Translations under genes and position numbers: made by a program
Shown: in pieces, positions 24,410 to 36,824 of the stretch
Layout: the number at the start of each line of letters is the position of its first letter
How positions within the stretch are numbered: the first letter of the stretch is position 1
Origin: Heptranchias perlo
Taxonomy: Eukaryota
DNA length: 64,000 bases
Direction of reading: 5' to 3'
Assembly (NCBI RefSeq): GCF_035084215.1
Contig: NC_090335.1
Coordinates: 62,868,001-62,932,000 of the forward strand
Notes under the pieces: model-generated
Databases searched by the model: none
Told to the model about the DNA's origin: nothing
Seen by the model: only the letters and a program-made list of their open reading frames with translations

Positions 24410-24642
24410 TATAAGGAAAATGTCAATGATGAGAAAAGACCATTGGCCCATCGAAGCTCAGCTCCCTAGTACTCCATGTCTTATGCCAATTCTATTCTCT
24501 TCCTTGTACACCTCTATGTTTTACCCAATATTAAATTGTATTTGCCATCTGTCAGCCCAATTGCTTATCTGATCTAAATCCTTCTGCAAATCATGAACTT
24601 CATCCTCTGTCTCCCTACTTTATTATTGTCTGCAAACTTAAA
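24410..24642 (-). mobile_element. Old CR1 fragment inside the env-like region
   Basis: Minus strand reads KFAD...DLQKDLDQISNWADRWQIQFN. Confidence 0.7.
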
Positions 24643-26049
24643 ACAACATTATGATTTTACTAGAAATAGCGTTCAGAGGAAATTTCCTGCTCTGTTTATG
24701 ATTTTGCTAGTAGATAGCAACAGAGGAATTCTTCCCCACAGGTGTCAATACAAATGTAGCCGCTCCACCACTCCACCCGTGCTAATTCGAAACGGGGACT
24801 TGGATCATGATGCAGGTCTCAGTATAAATGAAGTGCAATTTGCCAAATTTAGATCTAATTAGGTTCCTGATTTGGTTCATATTCACCCTTAGAGTTGTGT
24901 AGCTTGATTCATCCTCAACCAAGATAAGTGGCTGCCTATAATCGGCTAATGATGTAGGATAAGCTCCAAATTTGTTTCTCAAACTGAATTGAGACAATTA
25001 GTTTTCTGAATCCAATCTGAAGACCCAATGGTTTAGATTCTCTCCTGGGGTCAGTCATCCAAATGAGGCAACAATGTAAGTAAGATTAATATCTTGGAGT
25101 GTCCATTAGGCTGAATGGGGGTAATTTGGAAATAGGGGGTAATTTTTCTTTCTTGAAGGTTTTCACTGTGTCAGGAGTTCCAATAAGTTGAGGTGAATCC
25201 ACAACAGTGCAAATTATACATAGTCAGTTAGAAGGACCAGACATAATGGATTGAGTGGCTGTTTCTCAATCCATAATTTCTCATGTTCTGAACCTACCAC
25301 CAAAATATCCAAAGTGAGGCTGATAAGTAGTTGACAATCAACTACTTGTTAAGTAGTTGACAATCAACTGTAATTTCCAGGTAGAATTAAAGCATCTCTG
25401 ATTATACAGAGTTCTATGTCCATATTTTCTGTCATTTCTGTTAAATGCAATTCCAGGATTAAGGTTTTGAGTAAGGAGCAAAAGAGCTTCCGATTTAGGC
25501 TGGATACAAATGTATTTGGTTCTTAGTTCTGGCGTACTGCATATCATGGCTAACTTCAACCTCAGGGACACCCACAACCAGGGAGGACGTGTGCCAGACC
25601 TTTGAGAATGGGAGCAAAGCCTCCCATCAGGAAGGCTATAAAGAAATATTATCCAATATATCATTACAGTGGATTTGGGTGGCGACATTTAATTTTGGCG
25701 AGGGTGGGTTTGCAATCTCTTTTCAACTTTGGTGCCAGCCCTGCCCACATAAACTCCATTGTTACAGTAGGAAATTTCAATTTTGGTATTTTTAATCCAC
25801 AAAATGATTTTATTTTGCTGCACTGAACTCTGTCGTCAGTCAGACTAGTGTAGAACCTCAGTGTAGAAAATTACTTCTGACAGAAAAGTTCCCTGTAGGT
25901 AAATGGGAGGGGACTAATGATGAAAAAAAGCTTTACTCGCTGACCCATTTTACTCCTTAAACACATTAAATGTTCTGCTAACCATACAGAAATTCTTCAT
26001 ACTTTATAGGGTAAAAATTAGTGTTTGATTATTTTATGTATTATTGTTA

Positions 26050-26470
26050 TAGAAAGAAAGACCTTGCATTTATATAATGCCTTTCATGACCTCAGGACGT
26101 CCCAAAATGCTCTACAGCCAATTAAGTATTTTTGAAGCATAGTCACTGTTGTAATGTAGGAAACACGGCAGCCAATTTGCGCACAGCAAGGTCCCACAAA
26201 CAGCAATGTGACAATGACCAGATATTCTATTTCAGTGATGTTGGTTGAGGGACAAATATTGACCAGGACAGAGGAGAGAACTATGCTGCTCTTCTTCAAA
26301 TAGTGCCTTAGGATCTTTTATGTCCACCTGAGAAGGCAGATGGGGCCTTCGATTAACGTCTCATCTGAAAGACGGCACCTCCGACAGTGCATCTCTCCCT
26401 CAGTACTGCACTGGAGTGTCAGCCTATATTTTGTGCTCAAGTCCCTGGAGTTGGCACAACTTTCTGACTC
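26050..26470 (-). mobile_element. SacSINE1-like SINE
   Basis: Reverse-complement similarity to 577-1048. Confidence 0.8.
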
Positions 26471-26614
26471 ACGATTTTGTTAGGTGCTATGGATATTTAA
26501 GTTATATCTCTATCTCGTTGCTCTCCATGGGCGCATGTGAGTCGAACTGGCTGTTTTTAATATTAAAAAGTTTTCTCCAAATGATGCAAAATAAGAAAAT
26601 ACATAGCTTATTAT

Positions 26615-27965
26615 GTAATAACTTTTTCCATTTTCTCCCCTTGTCTCCTGAAGGTGGTGACTCAAGGCTCAACATTACTCCACGAGTAATTCTATATGTT
26701 TCAGACCAGACAGTGACTGGATGGTAATTGCGGCAGGATTTTTAGGTGGTGGGGGGCTGGTTTGAGGAGGGTGAGTGTGATTGCAGCTGAGCCACATCCT
26801 GTCCTCCCCCTTCATTCTTGCACACATGCTTTCCAGTGGAAGTCACTGAATAGCGATCAGAAGCAGTAAACCTGGATAATTTTCCACCTTTTCCTAGACC
26901 AGGAATAAAAAACAGGAAGAAAACAGAACATAAAAGAAAAAGTAGGTGTTAAGGGTAGCTACTCAGACTGGCAAAAGGTGGGAAGTGGTGTTCCACAAGG
27001 ATCAATACTGGGATCACTGTCGTTCACAATTTACATAAACGATTTGGACTTTGGAATTGGAAGTACAATTTCAAAATTGCAAATACTAAGGAAGACTGCT
27101 TGGATAATAAGAGTCCAAATGATCTAGAGGAGCAAAGGGATCTAGGGGTACAGATACACAAATCACTAAAAGTAGTGACGCAGCTTAATAAGGTCATAAA
27201 AAAGGCAAACAAAGCACTGGGGTTTATTTCTAAAGGAATAGAATTGAAAAGCAGAGAAGTTATGTTAAACTTCTATTGAACTTTGGTTAGGCCACACTTG
27301 GAGTACTGTGCACAGTTCTGGTCTCCATATTATAAAAAGGATATAGAGGCATTGGAGAAGGTGCAAAAAAGATTTACAAGAATGATATCAGAACTGATAT
27401 CAGAGAGGATATGTTTATCAGGAAAAGCTAAACAGGCTAGGGCTCTTTTCTCTGGAGGTCTTTAAGATTATGAAAGGGTTTGATAGGGTAGACGTAGAGA
27501 AGATGTTTCCATTTGTGGGGGAGATCAAAACTAGGGGCCATAAATATAAGATAGTCACCAATAAATGCAATAGAGAATTCAGGAGAAACTTCTTTACCCA
27601 AAGAGTGGTAAGAATGTGGAACTCGCTACCACGATGAATAGTTGAGGCGATTGGCATAGATGCATTTAAGGGGAAGCTAGATAAACACATGAGGGAGAAA
27701 GGAATAGAAGGTTATGTTGAAAGGGTTCGATATAGAGGGGTAAGAGGAGGCTTGCGTGGAGCATAAACACCGGCACAAACCAGTTGCGTCGAATGGCCTG
27801 TTTCTGTGCTGTACATTCTATGTAAGGAATATTGAGGCCAGTTGTAAAATCCCCACTGTTCCCCTGCTTAAGATCAGTTCACTTAGTGTAGACCAGGGTC
27901 CGAACATGGGACATTCCGGCTCTGTACACCTCAGTAGAACACCATGGCATTTACCCATTGAGCCA
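26615..27965 (-). mobile_element. AmnSINE2-like SINE split by a CR1 insertion
   Basis: 3' part 26615-26907 and 5' part 27825-27965, with AGGAATA duplicated at the two junctions. Confidence 0.6.
26930..27824 (+). mobile_element. CR1 3' fragment with internal deletions
   Basis: [24 protein letters not shown]1 tail. Confidence 0.88.
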
Positions 27966-29484
27966 TTTTATTTTTATGTGTATATGTGTGTGTGTTCCAC
28001 ATGGCATTGCACACAGGGAATTGGGAAACATGGTTAAAGGGATGGGGATAATTAGATCAGTGCATGCAGATACAATTTAGTCCCAATTTTAATGTCATAT
28101 ATATTCCCATTATAAATTCCTATGTCCATATTTATAATGGAAACTGCCTATGTAAATTTGTCACACTGTAATTACATTATCCCACCAGTGAAGGTGCTGC
28201 AGTGCCACAATCGAAATAGATTAGAAACTTAATTGGTGTATTATTCTCCTTTAAATCATTTTAAAAAGATATTGTGATACAGTTAATCAAATAAAATGGC
28301 AGTGTTGTTTGGAATGGCTGCCATGTTTATGTGGACTTAAAATTATACAATGGTATTTCAACAAGAATTTTTTAAAGGCAACTTCGCAATGTGTTCTGCC
28401 TTTGATTGGACTATATCAGAGCTGTGAAAAGAGATACTGTTGCTTTAAAATTCTTCAAGTTATTTAAATAAAGACATTGCTATAATTGGCCTGTTTACTT
28501 TTCTCTTGTTAAGGTAGCCCTGAGTTGAGAATCTTAAACATTTACATTAACAACTCCCACATCTTCAAAATAGATAAGAACTCTGATTTATAAAAGCCTA
28601 AAGGTCAAAGTTTCATTTAGACCTTTATTGTAGCTTGGCTCTTCTCCTCAGCCTGGATTCATGATCTGTTTGTTCGTTGGGGGGATAGGGGGAGGGGGTT
28701 TGGGTAAGTGATGGACTGGAGAACGTCTGTTAAAGTAAATAAAGTCCACTGAAGCAGAATGTGTAGGCAGCCATGGAAAGTGTGACAATCATAGAGTGTC
28801 CGTGCATAGCTGTGTAATAATGTCATCAGCGTCTAGACATCAGGACAATTAGCATCCAGACATAACTTGCTTAAGCATAACTCCAACAACAAAGAGTCCA
28901 GTACAGGCCTCAGCCGCTCACTATAAGTCATCTCCCCTCCTCACAGACACATAAAAAGATGATGTGTGGCTTTGTTCTTTTACATTTTTTGGTACTCTGC
29001 CCTGTGCCTTTCTTTAAAAAAAATGTAATTAGTGTTGTGAAGTCTCTATTAGCTGAGGTGTCTGGGGAATGACGTCTGAGATATGGCTGCTGAATGCAGC
29101 AGATTCCTGACGGCCCCGATCACTGCTACGTTAAGTCTCACCCAGGCAATGAATCCTCTGCAGTGGATTGTAGGTGGGTGGAAGAATTGCCACAGCTGCT
29201 GTTTCTAATGCAGGGCAAAAAAAAAACCCAGCCTACTACACATTCCTGTACAGTGATCAACAACCTATATTCTGTTACCTGCCTTCTATGGCAGCTCTGC
29301 TCATTTTTTTTGTTCTAATATAAAAGCCTCTTTTACACAGAGTTTGCAAAGAATGCTTTTAACTCAATACTGCAATTATACAGAAAGCTGGTTTCTCTGC
29401 AACACTTCTTTAATTAAAAGATTACCTGCATATTGTGTTTGAACGCAGATGTTTCATTAAAGGTCATTCTCAGACAGTAAGAGT

Positions 29485-29945
29485 TTTCCATTATTATCCT
29501 TATTTTTCCTCTATTTCTTCTCCATTCCTCTAGATTCAAACATTATAACAGATCCAGTAACTCATGCAAGTAGCCATGCTCTCTATGATCTTCCAGTACC
29601 TCAGCCAAGTTGCATTCTTCACATGTTAGCCAAGACAATGAGTGCTGGTAATGTTTTAGTCCTTAGAATGGGAGCGAGTAGCACAGCTGAGTACAATCAT
29701 GTCTTTATCTAATGTCCTCACATACGCACTTACCAGCAGGGTGTCACTGGATATCGATCATCAGCAGGAACCTTGTGATTTTCTCTGTCTTGGTCTGGGG
29801 CACTGAGGCCAACTGTAGGTGTCCCAACTACTACCCCAGCTAAAGTCAGCTAGCTCACCCTTTACCGGGCAACAAACAGGGACCTTCTGGTTTGTATGGC
29901 TTATAGTTGACAGTGCATTTATCCACTGGGCCATCATCCTTGGAG
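29485..29945 (-). mobile_element. AmnSINE2-like SINE
   Basis: Reverse-complement similarity to 22740-23090 plus a tRNA-like head. Confidence 0.55.
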
Positions 29946-30537
29946 TCTTGTGTTTACTTTCTTGATGGGTATACTGTATTACCATTATTACTTACGGAGA
30001 AATGCAAAGCGACTCCCCAGGAAATATAGTGAGCAGTAATGCGCAGTAATCAGCAGCAGTGGCATTTGGCCTAAAAGACTGTGTAAACCCACTCACTGTC
30101 TGAGGCAGGGGAGGACAAAACAAACACAACAGACAGAATAGCCAAGCCCAGCCCATAGGGACTGACAGCTTCTGACTGATGTTGCACACTGCCACCATTA
30201 AGTACTTTTCCTCAATTCTGTTTGGCTTTCCCTCTTTATTGATAACTTAACAGGATTTGTCCCCACTGACGGCTTCGGTCCAAGCTATGTGCAGCGATGT
30301 TAACATTTTAATACTCTGTTATTTAAAAAACTGAGTGCTTTTTTTTAAAGGCAGCAAGTTGAAAACCATGATTAGTGCTCACCAGTCACATCATATCTCA
30401 TTCCTCCTACAATCTCCTACAATCTGCAGGCTTTTAAAACCCAAGTTTGATGTCATCTAACCACTACGGTTTGATTTATTTGACCTTCTCTCCAATTTTT
30501 TCCAACCTTGCTGCTGTCCTAAACTCTGACCGTTGGC

Positions 30538-30628
30538 CAATGGAAATAAAAATCGGGAGAGATGTAAAACGGGCTGCCGATTCGCTGTCACCCATTTTAC
30601 ACTATCGCACAAAGTCAAAATTACCGCC
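30538..30628. mobile_element. Half copy of palindromic MITE family (see 52597-52760)
   Basis: AATGGAAATAAAAATCGGGAGAGATGTAAAACGGGCTGCCGATTCGC...CACAAAGTCAAAATTACC. Confidence 0.7.
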
Positions 30629-31436
30629 AGCATGTTTTCCAGGCTATGGGGCTGCTTTAGTGGTTGTTATCACGTTACGTTATGTATGACAATTTTCCTC
30701 ATGTCTTGTTGCATGATTGAGAAGCCTTTCACATAGCCAAATGGCCTTTCTCCCCCCTCCCCTCATTGAAGGCACTGACTCATACTGGGGTATGATTCCT
30801 CAGGTTTTGACCCCCACTGTTATCTCACCCAAGCAGCCATTCTTCATATGTGAGCCCGGCCAGTGAATGTGAATTAACTGATCTTAATCAAGATACCTGC
30901 TCTTGGTTGTTTTCCAGTGACTCCTACTGAAAGATGCACGTCTGTGGAGTTGGACAAGGACAGCATTGGGCCGGGCTGTGATTCACCTCAGAGTTGGCAG
31001 ACCTTTTACCAACAGAACAGTCTGGATTTTCTGCTTGCAGAAATCCGATGTAGAGTCGTCGAGAGGCGGCATCAGCCCTCTTGACTCGCCGTGGACACTA
31101 GCGAATGATTTTGGTGTCAGCATCATTTGAATCAGTTTGGAGGGCTTCCAGTAGGGCAGCCTGCCTCGGAGGAGTGAGGAAGATCACTGCCATAGGCCTT
31201 GCACATCTACAGCAGCGCAGCCCAGCTCCTGGGCCGCTTTCATTTTAAAATTCCCCAGGAAGAAGGGGTGTCATTTATTGATTCCATTCCCTTGGTGGGG
31301 GTTTTAATTTAAAATCCTCCTTTGCCTGCCACAGCAATGCTGTTTGCCAGGAACACAACGGCATTGGTAGCTTTCAGTTTTGCTATGGCTTAAGTGACAG
31401 GAAACATGTCATATGACATTCTCCTGCCAGTAATAG

Positions 31437-32455
31437 AAAGAGAAAGGAAGAAAGACTTGCATTTAGGAACATAGGAACGTAGGAACAGGAGTAGGCCATT
31501 CAGCCCCTCGTGCCTGCTCCGCCATTTGATAAGATCATGGCTGATCTGTGATCTAACTCCATATACCCTCCTTTGGCCCATATCCCTTAATACCTTTGGT
31601 TGCCAAAAAGCTATCTATCTCACATTTAAATTTAGCAATTGAGCTAGTATCAATTGCCGTTTGCGGAAGAGAGTTCCAAACTTCTACAACCCTTTGTGTG
31701 TAGAAATGTTTTCTAATCTCGCTCCTGAAAGGTCTGGCTCTAATTTTTAGACTGTGCCCCCTACTCCTAAAATCCCCAACCAGTGGAAATAGTTTCTCTC
31801 TATCCACCCTATCTGTTCCCCTTAATATCTTATAAACTTCGATCAGATCACCCCTTAACCTTCGAAACTCTAGAGAATACAACCCCAATTTGTGTAATCT
31901 CTCCTCGTAACTTAACCCTTGAAGTCCGGGTATCATTTTAGTAAACCTATGCTGCATTCCCTCCAAGGCCAATATGTCCTTCCGAAGGTGCGGTGCCCAG
32001 AACTACTCACAGTACTCCAGGTGCGGTCTAACCAGGGTTTTGTATAGCTTTATATAGTGCCTTTCACTACCTCAGGATGTCCCATAGCCAACTTTTCAGC
32101 CAATTAAGTATTTTTTGAAATACAGTCACTGTTGCAGTGTGGGGAAATGCAGCAGTCAGTTTGCACACAGCAAGGTCCCACAAACGTCAATGAGATAATG
32201 ATCAGATAATAGGTTTTTAGTGATGTTGGTTGAGGGATAAATATTGGCCAGGACACTGGGGAGAACTCCCCTGCTCGTCTTTGAAATAGTGCCATAGGAT
32301 CATTTACGTCCACTTGAGGGGGCAGAAGTCTCATCCAAAAGATGGCACCTCCGACAATGCAGCACTCTCTCAGTACTGCACTGGAGTGTCAGCCTTGATT
32401 TTGTGCTCAAGTCTCTGGACTGGGACTTGAACCCACAGCCTTCTGACACAGAGCC
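31437..32455 (-). mobile_element. SacSINE1-like SINE with a CR1 inserted in its tail
   Basis: AAAGACTTGCATTTA on one side of the CR1 and TTTATATAGTGCCTTTCAC on the other. Confidence 0.75.
31465..32048 (-). mobile_element. CR1 3' fragment
   Basis: ORF 31553-31972 (LEFRRLRGDLIEVYKIL...WNSLP). Confidence 0.92.
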
Positions 32456-33848
32456 ATTTGAATATGCCTGTCCATTTTAGGACAGATATATTTAAAGTTC
32501 CCTGTCAGTCCTGCTGCAGTTATGCCAGGAAGATGGCCTAACTGGAGGTCTCCAAGAGAATTTCAGTGGTTTATGGTAACAGTTGCAGTCTTCATGTAAG
32601 ATCAAACAATTTAAAAAAAAACAATAATCTTCATTAATATCCTTGTCTTCTTTGTGCCTGTTACTGTTGATTTGTTTGAAAAATGTCATTTAAACCATAA
32701 GCACTGATCGTATCATCAGATGATATGAGTAAGATGCAGGGATATGTTATTGAACATCCTATTGCACTTCCATTCATTAAATTAGCACACACAACTGCAG
32801 TGATGTAAAATGGATTAGTAAAATATTAAACTTTCTCTACATAAACTGGACTTGAAACTTTCAGTGTGGATAAATGTCACAATACATCATCATGATGTGT
32901 GGCTCTTCCCTTTAATGACTGTACCTTTACTGACGGTAATTCAGTTGCTTCACACATTGTCAGAATCTGCAACTCATTCAAGCCAGTTCTCCAATGATCC
33001 CATGAGCATTTACCGCTTAAAGGGGGAGGAAAGTTTAAGGGGCTATACTCCCCAACTGTATGTTGGAAAAATAGCTATTTACAAAACTACATAGATTTGG
33101 GTTATAATGATGGTTTTATCGCTATACCCGATGAATCACTGCATCCAACGCTGTCATGTGTAAATCCACTTAAAAGCTCTCTGATTCCATGAACGTCTTT
33201 CAGTGCCAGCATATAACTACTAGTGAGGGGAGTGAATCATTGAATTTAACAGCAGCTGGTAGCTGCACATTCAACAACATGCTCTCCACTTACCATCATT
33301 TTAAACGCGCTCCTGTTTAAAATTAGAGTTGTAAATGTTTAAAGTGCCAGTAAGCGGAACATGTGTCGTTGGATGTGCGCTAACCAGCTGGCCTTACATT
33401 CAACGCAGCATCACCAATGAGGAGCTGCTCCACTGAAAGCAATAGGACCGAAACATCAGACCACCCTGAGAGCCTAACTGGAGCCACCTGACATTGCTGG
33501 TTGGGTAGATGCTATGTTCTCCACCTAGACTCTCCTTCCCCTTTATAAACAAATTCACTCATTGAACTAATCTATATAGAAAGAAAACAAAAAGCAATTT
33601 TAAGCTGTTCTGTTTGTTTCATTTATAAAAAGGACATTGCTGCTGTAATTCTTTCTTTAATATATTGCACGGTTTAATATTCAGCATCAGACTCAAGTTT
33701 CTAGAAAATGATGCTGGAGTGTTTGGACAGTTAACGATGCAGTACAAAAAAAAATCACTTGTTGTTAAGACTGGAAATATCGCCCCCCCACCCCACCAAC
33801 CCCCACTTCAAGAACTCGGGCAGTGGTTTTCATTCTGTTCATATTCAT

Positions 33849-35963
33849 AGAATCATAGAATGGTTACAGCACAAAAGGAGGCCATTCGGCCCGTTGAGCC
33901 CATACCAGCTCTCTGTACGAGCAATCCAGCTAGTCCCATTCCCCTGCCCTATCCCTGTAGCCTTGCAAATTTTTTTCCCTCCAAGTACTTGTCCAATTCC
34001 CTTTTGAAAGCCATGATTGAGTCTGCCTCCACCACCCCCTCAGGCAGTGCATTCCAGATCATAACCACTCGCTGCGTAAAAAAGATTTTCTGGTTCTTTT
34101 GCCAATCACGTTAAATCTGTGTCCTCTGGTTCTTGACCCTTCCACCAATGGGAACAGCTTCTCTCTATCTACTCTGTCTAGACCCCTCATGATTTTGAAA
34201 ACATCTATCAAATGTCCTCTCAACCTTCTCTGCTCTAAGGAGAACAACCCCAGCTGCTCCAGTCTATCCACATAACTGAAGTCCTTCATCCCTGGAACCA
34301 TTCTAGTAAATCTTTTCTGCACCCTTTCCCAGGCTTTCACATCTTTCCTAAAGTGTGGTGCCCAGAATTGGACACAATACTCCAGTTGTGGCTGAACCGG
34401 TGTTTTATAAAGGTTTATTATAACTTCCTTGCTTTTGTACTCTATGCCTCTATTTATAAAGCCCAGGATCCTGTATGCTTTTTTAACCACTTTCTCAACC
34501 TGCCCTGCCACCTTCAATGATTTGTGCACATATACCCCCAAATCTCTCTGTTCCTGCACCCCCTTTAGAATTGTACCCTTTAGTTTATATTGCCTCTCCT
34601 TGTTCTTCCTACCAAAATGTATCATTTCACATTTCTCTGCATTAAATTTCATCTGCCACTTGTCCGCCCATTCCACCAGCCTGTCTATGTCCTCTTGAAG
34701 TCTATCACTATTCTCCTCATTGTTCACTACACTTACAAGTTTTATGTCATCTGCAAATTTTGAAATTGTGTCCTGCACACCCAAGTCCAAGTCATTAATA
34801 TCGATCAAGAAAAACAGTGGTCCTAGTACCGACCCCTGGAGAACATCACTGTATACCTTCCTCCAGTCCGAAAAACAACCATTCAACACTACTCCCTGCT
34901 TCCTGTCACTTAGCCAATTTCATATCCATGCTGCCACTGCCCCTTTTATTCCTTGGGCTTCAACTTTGCTGACAAGCCTATTATGTGGCACTTTATCAAA
35001 TGCCTTTTGGAAGTCCATGTACCCCAAATCAACCACATTGCCCTCATCAACCATGTTACCTCTTCAACAAACTCAATCAAGTTAGTTAAGCACGATTTGC
35101 CTTTAACAAATTCATGTTAGCTTTCCCTAGTTAATCTACACTTGTCCAAGTGACTGTTAATTTTGTCCCGGGTTATTGATTCGAAAAGTTTCTCCACCAC
35201 CGAGGTTAAACAGACTGGCTTGTAGTTGCTGGGTTTATCCTTACCATTTTTGGAAAAAGGGTATAACATTTGCAATTTTCCAGTCCTCTGGCACCACCCC
35301 CCGTACCTAAGGAGAATTGGAAGATTATGACCAGTACCTCTGTAATTTCCACCTTTACTTCCCTCAGCAACCTAGGATGCATCCCATCTGGACCTAGTGA
35401 CTTATCTACTTTAAGTACAGCCAGCCTTTCTAGTACCTCCTCTTTATCAATTTTTAGCCCATTCAGAATCTCAACTACCTCCTCTTTTACTGTGACTTTG
35501 GCAGCATCTTCTTCTTTGGTAAAGACAGATGCAAAGTATTCACTTAGTACCTCAGCCATGCCTCCTCCCTTCATGCATAGGTCTCCTTTTTGGTCCCTAA
35601 TCAGCCCCACTCCTCCTCTTACTGCCCATTTACTATTTATATGCCTATAGAACACTTTTGGATTCCCTTTTATGTTAGTTGCCAGTCTATTCTCATATTC
35701 TCTCTTTGCCCCTCTTATTTCCTTTTTCACTTCCCCTCTGAACTTTCTATATTCAGCCTGGTCCTCACTTGAGTTAACAACCTGACATCTCTCTGCTTCA
35801 TCTTACTCTCTACCTCTTTCATCATCCAGGGAGCTCTGGCTTTAGTTGCCCTACCTTTCTCCCTCGTAGGAATGTACCTACACTATACCCGACCCATCTC
35901 CTCTTTAAAGGCCACCCATTGTTCGATTACAGTTGTGCCTGCCAATCTTTGATTCCAATTTAC
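33849..35963 (-). mobile_element. CR1 LINE, 5'-truncated (about 2.1 kb), degenerate
   Basis: ORFs 35206-35730 (NPKVFY, GPDGMHPRLL) and 34059-34889 (KFADDIK, LEYCVQFW). Confidence 0.93.
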
Positions 35964-36139
35964 GATCGCCCCCCTTCAAAAACTCGAGCAGTGGTTTTCA
36001 TTCTGTTCATGTTCATGGACCATAATCAATCAGGGTGAAGCTGACACATTAAATGAGTACACGCACGAGCCAAACTGTTATGCATCCTGATCAGTGAGGG
36101 TTAAGCGAATGTGATGTGTCTTTCAGGGAGACCAAATGA

Positions 36140-36500
36140 TGAAAGGTAGGTCATTGGGGTAACTGCAGCATGTGGTTCTAGCAATGAGTCACACAAATCA
36201 AAACGATTCCAGGTTGAATCTCTGAACAGTGCTGAGTTAGCTGGGCAGCAACAGTGCCAGAAGCCAATGCAATTGGTCTCAGTGACCACAACCTGAGACT
36301 CAGGATTCCTGCTCCTGGTCACTACCCAGAGACTCCTGTTGGAAAGTGCATGTGGGTGAGTGTGGACAGCCTGATGACACTCACTGTCTGGGCTCACAAA
36401 TGAAGAATAGCCACATAAAATACCAGAGGGCTGATGATACCTATGGACTCACACCAGTGTAAGTCATTGTCTTCAGGGGAGGAGAGAAAGAAATTGGAAG
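36140..36500 (+). mobile_element. AmnSINE2-like SINE
   Basis: GTGCTGAGTTAGCTG...CACTCACTGTCTGGGCTCACAAATGAAGAATAGCCAC. Confidence 0.6.
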
Positions 36501-36599
36501 AAATAAATGGAGTAAGGCTGGTAATACTATAAATATCTGGAACCATCTGCTTATGGACCCATCTAAATACAATGAAGAATCGAAATATCTACAGAGAGA

Positions 36600-36815
36600 G
36601 AACTTACAACACATCACATCTCCCAGTCACATCCCAAAGTGCTTCACACAATGAATTACTTTGCACACAGCAAAGTCCCACAAAAAGCAATGAGATCAAT
36701 AATCTGCTTATTGCTGGTGTTGGTTGAAGGAGGAATGTTGGCCAGGACATTTCTTCAAAAAGTGCAGTGGGATCTTTAATGCCCACCTGAGCCACCAGAA
36801 CAAGCAGACTCTCGA
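36600..36815 (-). mobile_element. SacSINE1-like fragment
   Basis: GCACACAGCAAAGTCCCACAAA...GTTGGCCAGGACA. Confidence 0.6.
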
Positions 36816-36824
36816 TTTAGCACT

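Larger units (their letters stand above)
23296..25892 (-). pseudogene. Decayed envelope/fusion-glycoprotein-like sequence (putative endogenous viral or retroelement env)
   Basis: Collinear minus-strand segments NPGIAF...LYNQRCFNSTWKLQL, GAYPTSL...CIMIQVPVSN*HGWSGGAATFVLTPVG and WVCEIGISMFQHCGVNSVMN**TNCP; order and Cys spacing resemble F-type env; several stops and TE insertions; identification by eye only. Confidence 0.45.

Noticed and set aside
34429-35772. Plus-strand ORFs such as MFTTLTSFMSSANFEI
   Set aside because: Antisense shadows of CR1 ORF2; the same pattern occurs at 20890, 43722 and 58767
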